Origin: Verrucomicrobiia bacterium
Lineage (GTDB): Bacteria > Verrucomicrobiota > Verrucomicrobiia > Limisphaerales > UBA1319
Direction: 5' to 3'
Length of the DNA: 64,000 nt
Assembly: GCA_963664225.1 (NCBI GenBank)
Contig: OY760937.1
Location: forward strand, 1,184,001-1,248,000
The notes under the pieces were generated by a model. The model searched no databases. It was not told the DNA's origin and worked only from the letters and a program-made list of their open reading frames with translations. The position numbers and the translations under genes were made by a program. Positions 57,134 to 64,000 of this stretch are shown here, piece by piece. The stretch's first letter is position 1. The number at the start of each line of letters is the position of its first letter.

Positions 57134-58360
57134 ATGGCAAATTCAGCGTCAGAAGCGTCGTCCAAGATCAACCTCCGCCGTCCAGACATCATGGAAGCGG
57201 TGCAAGCCCAGGTGCTTTCGCATTACCGAAGCGAACTTGTGGATCGGATTCGCGCCAAGGGCCGTTTATTGGCAGCCAACGGTTTGACCGTGAAGCTGGC
57301 CAAGGAGTTCGGTTTTTGCTACGGGGTGGAGCGCGCCATCGATCTGGCCTATGCCGCTCGAAAAGTGTTCCCAGACCAGCCGATTTACATCCTGGGCGAG
57401 ATTATTCATAACCCCGAGGTGAACGATCAGATTCGAGGCATGGGGATTAAGTTCCTTTCCGGAAAGGAAAAAACAGCCGATTTGGAGGATTTGCATGAAG
57501 GCGACCTGGTCATTATTCCCGCCTTTGGCGCTGACATGGCGACGATGCAGAGACTTCAAGCCAAGGGTTGCCGGTTCGTCGATACGACTTGTGGGGATGT
57601 GATGAGCGTGTGGAAACGCGTGCGGCAGTATGCGGGTGATTCGTTTACGAGCATCATTCATGGCAAGGCATGGCACGAGGAAACCAAGGCGACCAGTTCG
57701 CGCGCGATAGCTCATGGTCGGGGGCGTTACCTGGTGGTCTTCACTCTTGAGGAAGCCGATTGCGTTTGCGATTACATCGTTCGCGGGGGGCAGAAGCAGA
57801 TGTTTTTGGACAAATTCAAAGGGGCTTATTCCCCTGGATTCGATCCCGACACGGATTTAAAGGCCATCGGCGTGGCCAATCAAACCACCATGTTGAGGGG
57901 CGAAACCGAGGAGGTTCAGCGCCGCCTGCGTGCCGCCATGATTGAGAGATTTGGGGCAGGGGAGCTTGCCCAGCATTTTCGCTCGTTCGACACGATTTGT
58001 GGCGCGACTCAGGATCGGCAGGATGCCCTCCAAAAGCTTTTGGCCGACCCTCTGGACCTGTTGATTGTGATCGGAGGGTATAACTCTTCGAATACCTCGC
58101 ACCTGGCCGAAATGGGCGAGGCCAAACTGCCAACCTATTTCATCAAGAACGCCTCCAAAATGGTGTCGGACGATTTGATCCAGCACTATAATTTGCATTT
58201 GCAGCAGGAAATCGAGACACGGGGATGGTTTCCCTCCAAGGAGATGATTGTCGGAATCACTGCTGGCGCCTCCTGTCCGAACAATTTGATTGAAGACGTC
58301 ATTCGCCGATTGTTCGAGCTGCGCAACGTGTCAGCACACGAGGTTTTGGAGAAGAACTAG
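57134..58360 (+). CDS. ispH: 4-hydroxy-3-methylbut-2-enyl diphosphate reductase
   Basis: FGFCYGVERA, IIHNP, DTTCGDV, NQTTM, TICGATQDRQ, SSNT, TAGASCP. Confidence 0.95.
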   Translation: MANSASEASSKINLRRPDIMEAVQAQVLSHYRSELVDRIRAKGRLLAANGLTVKLAKEFGFCYGVERAIDLAYAARKVFPDQPIYILGEIIHNPEVNDQIRGMGIKFLSGKEKTADLEDLHEGDLVIIPAFGADMATMQRLQAKGCRFVDTTCGDVMSVWKRVRQYAGDSFTSIIHGKAWHEETKATSSRAIAHGRGRYLVVFTLEEADCVCDYIVRGGQKQMFLDKFKGAYSPGFDPDTDLKAIGVANQTTMLRGETEEVQRRLRAAMIERFGAGELAQHFRSFDTICGATQDRQDALQKLLADPLDLLIVIGGYNSSNTSHLAEMGEAKLPTYFIKNASKMVSDDLIQHYNLHLQQEIETRGWFPSKEMIVGITAGASCPNNLIEDVIRRLFELRNVSAHEVLEKN

Positions 58361-58423
58361 CAGGCGACCATCGCGTAAAATGCGCGCATTCGGTTCCAAT
58401 AATTATTAATTAACAGGATAAAC

Positions 58424-59593
58424 ATGCCTTGCACCCGGGATCAGTTGGAAGCCGCCGAGAAAACGCGCCTTGCGCGATACGCGCAATTCAGCGCTGAGAC
58501 CAGGGGTCGGAAATATGAGGAACCTCCTGCCGATTGGCGCACGCATTACCAGCGGGATCGCGACCGGGTGATCCATTCGCGCGCATTTCGCCGTCTCGAA
58601 TATAAGACCCAGGTGTTTCTTAATGGCAGCGGAGATCATTTGCGCACGCGGCTCACGCACACGATGGAGGTCACAGCCATTGCGCGAAATATTGCCCGCG
58701 CGCTGGGTTTGAATGAGGACCTCACCGAGACGATCGCCCTGGCCCACGATTTGGGCCATTCGCCCTTTGGCCACAAGGGCGAGGACGCGCTCAACCGGTT
58801 GATGAAAACCCACGGGGGGTTTGAGCACAACCGCCAGAGTCTTCGCATCGTCGAGGAATTGGAGCAGAAGTATCCAGGATTTCCCGGCCTGAATTTGACC
58901 TGGGAAACGCGTGAAGGACTCATCAAGCACGACACGGCCTATGATCGGCCGGCCATTGAAAAGGATTTTGTCGCTCCCTGCGCTTCGTTGGAGGCCCAAG
59001 TGGCGAATCTGGCCGATGAAATTGCCTATTACAGTCATGATCTGGACGATGGGCTGGACGCGGGCTTCCTCGACGAAGCCAGGCTGCATGACGAAGTGCG
59101 AATTTGGCGGGATGCCGCCGATTCGGTGAAACGGGAATACGGCGATCTGCCGGAGGAATGCCGGCGGTATTTTATTATCCGCTGTGTCATTGATGGGCAG
59201 GTGCGGGATGTCGTTTATACTGCGGAGCGGCAGATTGCGGATGCGGGCATAAATTCCGCGGACGACGCCCGGCGGCAGCCGCAACCGTTGGTGCGTTACA
59301 GCCCGGAACGCGCGGAATTGAATTTGGAGCTGCGGCGCTACTTATATCGCAACCTGTATTACAACCCCGTGGTGCATGAGCCAAACATGCAGGCCGTGCG
59401 ATGTCTGGAGCAATTATTTGAGTATTATTTGGAGCATACTGGAGAAATGGGCGATTTTGCGCAGCAACGACTTGCAAAGGTGGGATTGCACCGGGCGGTG
59501 TGCGATTACATGGCCGGAATGACCGATCGCTACCTCATCATTGAGCATCAGCGTTTGCTGGGCGGCCTGGCCACCTCCAGGTCGCAACCGTAA
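58424..59593 (+). CDS. dgt: Deoxyguanosinetriphosphate triphosphohydrolase (HD family)
   Basis: QRDRDRVIHS..FRRLEYKTQV, RTRLTH, HDLGHSPFGH, FEHNRQ, DEIAY..HDLDD, MTDRY. Confidence 0.93.
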   Translation: MPCTRDQLEAAEKTRLARYAQFSAETRGRKYEEPPADWRTHYQRDRDRVIHSRAFRRLEYKTQVFLNGSGDHLRTRLTHTMEVTAIARNIARALGLNEDLTETIALAHDLGHSPFGHKGEDALNRLMKTHGGFEHNRQSLRIVEELEQKYPGFPGLNLTWETREGLIKHDTAYDRPAIEKDFVAPCASLEAQVANLADEIAYYSHDLDDGLDAGFLDEARLHDEVRIWRDAADSVKREYGDLPEECRRYFIIRCVIDGQVRDVVYTAERQIADAGINSADDARRQPQPLVRYSPERAELNLELRRYLYRNLYYNPVVHEPNMQAVRCLEQLFEYYLEHTGEMGDFAQQRLAKVGLHRAVCDYMAGMTDRYLIIEHQRLLGGLATSRSQP

Positions 59594-59644
59594 ATGCGTG
59601 GAATTATCAGTTGCACTGGCTCGGTCCTATTTTATAGTTCCCCA

Positions 59645-59848
59645 ATGACGATGAGACGCAGAGTTGGATGGTTGATGCTGGCTTTAGGCCTGCCGCTGTT
59701 GGTTACGGGATGCGGCGGGTTTCACGGTTCGCAGGGAATTTCACCGGCTACCTTTCTGGCGCCGGGGGCGGTGGAGAACTCGCGTCCCGTGGTTTTGACG
59801 GTTCCGGAACCTCAGATGGCAGCCAATACCGCAAGTCCGATCCAATAA
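59645..59848 (+). CDS. Small putative lipoprotein
   Basis: MTMRRR + hydrophobic core + LVTG-C lipobox; TTGCAC-N16-TATAGT ends 6 nt before the ATG; stop 13 nt before hpnH. Confidence 0.62.
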   Translation: MTMRRRVGWLMLALGLPLLVTGCGGFHGSQGISPATFLAPGAVENSRPVVLTVPEPQMAANTASPIQ

Positions 59849-59861
59849 CCTTTTCTTAATT

Positions 59862-61214
59862 ATGCGTTTTCCATTGGCCCTGACGGTCAAAATTGCCCGT
59901 CATATCATCAAACACAAACTTCTGCGCACGCCCAAATTCGCCTTGGTGCTGCAGTTGGAGCCGTTGCATACCTGCAATCTGACCTGTACCGGCTGCGGTC
60001 GCATTCGGGAATATTCCACCAGTTTGAAGGATGTCATGTCGCTGGAGGATTGCCTGGGCTCGGCGCAGGAATGCGATGCGCCCATGGTTTCAATATGCGG
60101 CGGCGAGCCTCTCATTTACCCCCAGATTGAGGCGCTGGTCGAAGGTATCCTTAATCAGGGGCGGATTGTTTACATCTGCACCAACGCCGTGTTCATGCGG
60201 CGCAAAATGCGCGATTATCTGGCCGCTGTTTATGGGCCGGATCAGGAGCCGTTGCTCAAGGATTTGCAGGCGGAACAGTTGATCACGGAGAAGGAGGCCG
60301 CCGAAATCCGCAAAGGTAAATCGGATGGCAAGCCCGTCATTCGTCCCTCGAAGTGGATGTATTGGAACGTCCATGTCGATGGCCTGGAATACACCCACGA
60401 CCTGATCGTCGAGCGGGAAGGGGTGTTCAAGGAATGTGTTGCCGCCGTGAAAATGGCCAGGAAACTTGGCTACCAGGTGGCCACCAACACGACGGTTTAC
60501 AGGGAAACGGACGTGCGGGAAATCGAGCAGATGTTCGAGTTTTTCTCCTGGCTCGGTGTCGATGGACATACGATTTCGCCCGGTTATGATTTTGATGCCG
60601 CCAAGCTGGACATGGCCAAAAGGCTGGGCAAAAATCCGGCTGACTTTTTCCTCACACGCGCCATGACCCATCAGAAGTTTGCTCAGATTCAGGAGTGGGG
60701 TCGGAAATTTACAATTTTTGGAACGCCGGTTTATCAGGAATTCTTGCAGGGCAAACGGGATTTGACCTGCACGGCCTGGGCCATTCCCACGCGCAATGTG
60801 CGCGGCTGGAAAGCCCCGTGCTATTTGATGACAGACGGGCACTACGCCTCCTACAAGGAGATGCTGACCCAGGTGAAGTGGGAAAAATACGGAGTCGTGG
60901 GCGGGGTCGCAAGGGATCCGCGATGCGAGAACTGCATGGTTCACTGCGGCTACGATCCCAGCGGCGCGTTGGGCACCAATTACCAGTCCGGCGATACATG
61001 GAAGAACATCCGATACAATTTCGGCGCGCGCCCCAAACCATTCGCTGAGGGTGGACAGGTCCAGGCCTTCAACGGTTTTTCAATCGGAAAGGGTCATCTG
61101 GCGCAAGCCAGGGCGGCAATCAAGCCGTCGGACGCTTCCGGGGGATGCTGCGGAACGGCGGACACGCAGGAGCGGAGCGCCTTGTTGAGCCAGATCGATA
61201 CCAGGAAGAAATAA
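59862..61214 (+). CDS. hpnH: Adenosyl-hopene transferase HpnH-like radical SAM protein (DUF3463)
   Basis: KFALVLQLEPLHTCNLTCTGC, SICGGEPL, CTAWAIPTRN..GWKAPCYL, DPRCENCMVHCGY. Confidence 0.88.
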   Translation: MRFPLALTVKIARHIIKHKLLRTPKFALVLQLEPLHTCNLTCTGCGRIREYSTSLKDVMSLEDCLGSAQECDAPMVSICGGEPLIYPQIEALVEGILNQGRIVYICTNAVFMRRKMRDYLAAVYGPDQEPLLKDLQAEQLITEKEAAEIRKGKSDGKPVIRPSKWMYWNVHVDGLEYTHDLIVEREGVFKECVAAVKMARKLGYQVATNTTVYRETDVREIEQMFEFFSWLGVDGHTISPGYDFDAAKLDMAKRLGKNPADFFLTRAMTHQKFAQIQEWGRKFTIFGTPVYQEFLQGKRDLTCTAWAIPTRNVRGWKAPCYLMTDGHYASYKEMLTQVKWEKYGVVGGVARDPRCENCMVHCGYDPSGALGTNYQSGDTWKNIRYNFGARPKPFAEGGQVQAFNGFSIGKGHLAQARAAIKPSDASGGCCGTADTQERSALLSQIDTRKK

Positions 61215-61256
61215 TTCCAGCAGGCATTAATCATTAGGCATTAGTCACTAATTAAC

Positions 61257-62690
61257 ATGAAATCGCTTTTTTTGAGTCCGCCTTCGTTTGATGGGTTTGA
61301 TGGCGGCGCCGGGTCTCGTTACCAGGCGCGGCGCGAGATCCGCTCGTTCTGGTACCCCACCTGGCTGGCCCAGCCCGCGGCCCTCGTGCCCGGCAGCAAG
61401 CTCATGGATTGCCCGCCGCATGACATCGACGTGCCGACCTGTCTGGCCGAGGCAAAGAATTACGATCAAATCATCATTCACACTTCCACGCCCTCGTTGA
61501 AGAACGATTGCAAGGTGGCCGAGGCGATCAAGGCCCAGAAACCTTCCACTCAAATAGGTTTTGTCGGAGCCCATGCCGCCGTGCTCCCGGTGGAAACCCT
61601 CAAGGCCTCTCCGGCCATCGATTGGGTCGGTCGCAAGGAGTTTGATTACACCTGCAAGGAAGTGTGCGAAGGCCGTCCGCTCTCCGAAGTTCGGGGCCTT
61701 TCCTACCATTCAGAGGGAAAGATTATCCATAATCCCGAGCGCGAGTTGATCGCAAATATGGATGACCTGCCCTGGGTGACCGATGTTTACAAGCGCGACC
61801 TCCAAATCGAAAAATATTCGATCGGCTATTTAAAGGATCCTTATCTGTCTTTTTACACGGGACGCGGCTGTCCTGCTCAGTGTATTTTCTGCCTCTGGCC
61901 CCAGACCATTGCCGGCCATAAATATCGGGTCCGCTCGCCGGAAAATGTCGCGGCGGAAATGGCGCACGCTCAGAAATTGTTTCCGCAGGTGAAGGAATTC
62001 TTTTTCGACGACGACACGTTCACCGCGAATCTGCCGCGCGCCCGCGAGATCGCCAAAAAACTCAAGCCATTGGGCATGACCTGGTCCTGCAACAGCCGGG
62101 CCAACGTCAATTACGAGACGCTCAAGTTGATGAAGGATTGCGGCCTGCGCCTCCTTCTGGTCGGTTATGAGTCTGGCAATCAGGATATCCTCAATCGCAT
62201 CAAAAAAGGCATTGATATCGAGGAAGCCCGCCAATTTACCAAACACTGCCGTGACTTGGGCATCATGATTCATGGCACGTTCATTCTTGGACTGCCCATC
62301 GAGACGCCGGAAACGATCGAGCAGACCATTCGATTTGCCATTGAGCTGGACGTCTTCAGCATCCAGGTCTCCCTGGCCGCGCCGTATCCGGGCACCGAGC
62401 TCTACGAGTTGGCGCGCCAGAATGGATGGTTTTCAAAGAAGGACAAGTCGGCCGTCATTCACAGCGACGGCATTCAGACCTCCGCGCTGGAGTATCCAGG
62501 GTTGAGCAAGGAGGAGATATTCGAAGCGGTTGAGAAGTTTTACAACCGTTTCTATTTCCGGCCGCGCCCCATTTTGCGGATCATCAAAACCATGCTTCAG
62601 GACAAGGGCGTTTGCGTGCGACGTCTGCGCGAGGGATACGAATTTTTTAAATTCATGGCCCAGCGCAAAAACGACCTGGCTTCCGCTTAA
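61257..62690 (+). CDS. hpnJ: Hopanoid biosynthesis radical SAM protein HpnJ
   Basis: PPSFDGFDGGAGSRYQARRE..SFWYPTWLAQPAA, GRGCPAQCIFCLWPQT, FFDDDTF, QVSLAAPYPGT. Confidence 0.93.
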   Translation: MKSLFLSPPSFDGFDGGAGSRYQARREIRSFWYPTWLAQPAALVPGSKLMDCPPHDIDVPTCLAEAKNYDQIIIHTSTPSLKNDCKVAEAIKAQKPSTQIGFVGAHAAVLPVETLKASPAIDWVGRKEFDYTCKEVCEGRPLSEVRGLSYHSEGKIIHNPERELIANMDDLPWVTDVYKRDLQIEKYSIGYLKDPYLSFYTGRGCPAQCIFCLWPQTIAGHKYRVRSPENVAAEMAHAQKLFPQVKEFFFDDDTFTANLPRAREIAKKLKPLGMTWSCNSRANVNYETLKLMKDCGLRLLLVGYESGNQDILNRIKKGIDIEEARQFTKHCRDLGIMIHGTFILGLPIETPETIEQTIRFAIELDVFSIQVSLAAPYPGTELYELARQNGWFSKKDKSAVIHSDGIQTSALEYPGLSKEEIFEAVEKFYNRFYFRPRPILRIIKTMLQDKGVCVRRLREGYEFFKFMAQRKNDLASA

Positions 62691-62747
62691 GCCCTGCATG
62701 GAAGCGGATCATGATGGCAACGCACAACGGCATTGACCGCATTAACC

Positions 62748-63920
62748 ATGGCCATATCTAACCCACCCATGGAAACGCCTCTTGTCCAGAACGACAGGAA
62801 GTCCGAAGGCTTTCGGCCGGTCGCGCGTCCCCAAAAGGGCTTCATGAAATTGCTCGGTGAGGTGCTGCAGCATGGGGGGCCGGGTTATCTACAATTTGCC
62901 ATCACCAATATTTGCAATGCCCGCTGCGATTTCTGCAATTTTGCTGTCGATAAATTCGATCCCAAGGCACGCCGCAGTGTGACGTTGGCTCAGGCGCGCG
63001 ATGTGATCGATATCGCCGTGCGCAATCAGATCGGCTACATGCTTTTTGTGGGGGGGGAGCCGCTCGCGCACAAGGATTTGCCCGCCATGGTGCGCTACTG
63101 CGCCCAACAGGGCATATCCCCCATGGTCTGCACCAATGGCTCGCTGTGGAACGACGATAACATGCGCGAACTCGCCCGGTGCGGCCTGGCCAGTGTCATC
63201 ATGTCCATCGACTCCCACGAAGTCTCCCGGCACGAGGCCAACCGGGGCCTGCCTGATGTGTGCCGCAAAATCCAGCGCGCCAATACGGTGTTTCGGGAAT
63301 TGGGGATACAGACCACCGCCAGTGTCACCGTCAGTAAATTGATCGATGATTATCAAAAACTTCCTGGCTTTCTCCAAAGCCTCGGTTTTACGAGCTGCAC
63401 TTTCAGCTATCCGCTCACCACGCTCGAGTCCAGCTATTTAAGCTTCAGCGATTCCAAGCTGGTCAGTTATACCGCTGATGAACTCATTGCCGTCTTCGAT
63501 AAAATCAAGTCGATCAAGAAACACCAGAATTTCCAGATCGTGAACCCGTCGGAATCCCTTTCCGACATGCAGCGGCACTTGCGCAAGGAACCGGAGAAAT
63601 TCGGTTGCCTTGGAGGCCATAAATATTTCTATCTGGATTGGAACCTCAATTTGTACCGCTGCCATTATTGGAATAAACCGATGTGCAGCATTTATGAGTT
63701 TGACCAATCCAAACTCATCAGGGACGGCTGCACCAAATGCATGATCGATTGCTATCGCGATCCCAGTGTCATGCAATCCATCGCTGTCAACCTCAGTGAC
63801 GCTTACCATCACGTGAAGCGGGGCAGGCTCATCGCCGCCGCCGGGGATATTTTTAATCGTCGCAACGTGACCTCTCTCAAAGCCATTTGGGAGGAGCGTA
63901 AATGGATTCGCGAGGTTTGA
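62748..63920 (+). CDS. Radical SAM protein with Cys-rich (SPASM/twitch-like) C-terminus, function unknown
   Basis: CNARCDFC, GGEPL, CTNG; C-terminal CLGG..YRCH..CS..CTKCMIDC; start uncertain (62733, 62748 or 62769). Confidence 0.82.
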   Translation: MAISNPPMETPLVQNDRKSEGFRPVARPQKGFMKLLGEVLQHGGPGYLQFAITNICNARCDFCNFAVDKFDPKARRSVTLAQARDVIDIAVRNQIGYMLFVGGEPLAHKDLPAMVRYCAQQGISPMVCTNGSLWNDDNMRELARCGLASVIMSIDSHEVSRHEANRGLPDVCRKIQRANTVFRELGIQTTASVTVSKLIDDYQKLPGFLQSLGFTSCTFSYPLTTLESSYLSFSDSKLVSYTADELIAVFDKIKSIKKHQNFQIVNPSESLSDMQRHLRKEPEKFGCLGGHKYFYLDWNLNLYRCHYWNKPMCSIYEFDQSKLIRDGCTKCMIDCYRDPSVMQSIAVNLSDAYHHVKRGRLIAAAGDIFNRRNVTSLKAIWEERKWIREV

Positions 63921-64000
63921 TCCCGGTTGTTCCTGACAGTCTTTGAAGTCTTCACCGCTGCGAGGCCGTGAGATCTCACTCCCCTCGATTCTTTGGTCCC

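Noticed and set aside
58424..59593. dGTPase as an anti-phage defence gene
   Set aside because: Housekeeping-type Dgt length and motifs, embedded between ispH and the hpn genes, with no defence-island context
1..64000. CRISPR array, rRNA, prophage or IS transposase
   Set aside because: No regularly spaced repeats, rRNA-like stretch, phage genes or transposase motifs were seen

Overview
A gene-dense, moderately GC-rich bacterial chromosomal segment, mostly housekeeping and metabolic genes. The gene set suggests Verrucomicrobiota (inference only). In order it holds: a partial Cu-type P1B ATPase, gnd plus a HAD hydrolase, cutA, an MFS transporter, hpnA, an HNH protein, bioB, an M14 peptidase, an ECF sigma / anti-sigma candidate / DUF2723-TPR glycosyltransferase operon, an esterase, an NYN nuclease, a GH29 fucosidase, mutS, tRNA-Val(TAC), yajC-secDF-terC-recJ-ispD, an L-rhamnose block (AraC regulator, rhaA, rhaT) followed by lutABC, a ferredoxin, prfC, gltBD, tyrA-aroA-cmk-plsC, an AI-2E transporter, acs, ispH, dgt and a hopanoid radical-SAM cluster (hpnH, hpnJ, third rSAM). 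The most striking element is non-coding and invisible to the ORF track: a 620-nt ORF-less class IIC group II intron (52926-53545, minus strand). It has intact ends, DV, DVI and a matching EBS1/IBS1, and it sits inside a REP-like palindrome (GTATG|GAGTCCCGGCTTCAGCCGGG) rather than after a U-tailed terminator. Other points of note: a BirA-type operator straddling the bioB start, a BioB with a non-canonical auxiliary Fe-S ligand set, terC directly behind secDF, and several apparently leaderless promoters. Product calls come from motif recognition by eye; no database searches were run.
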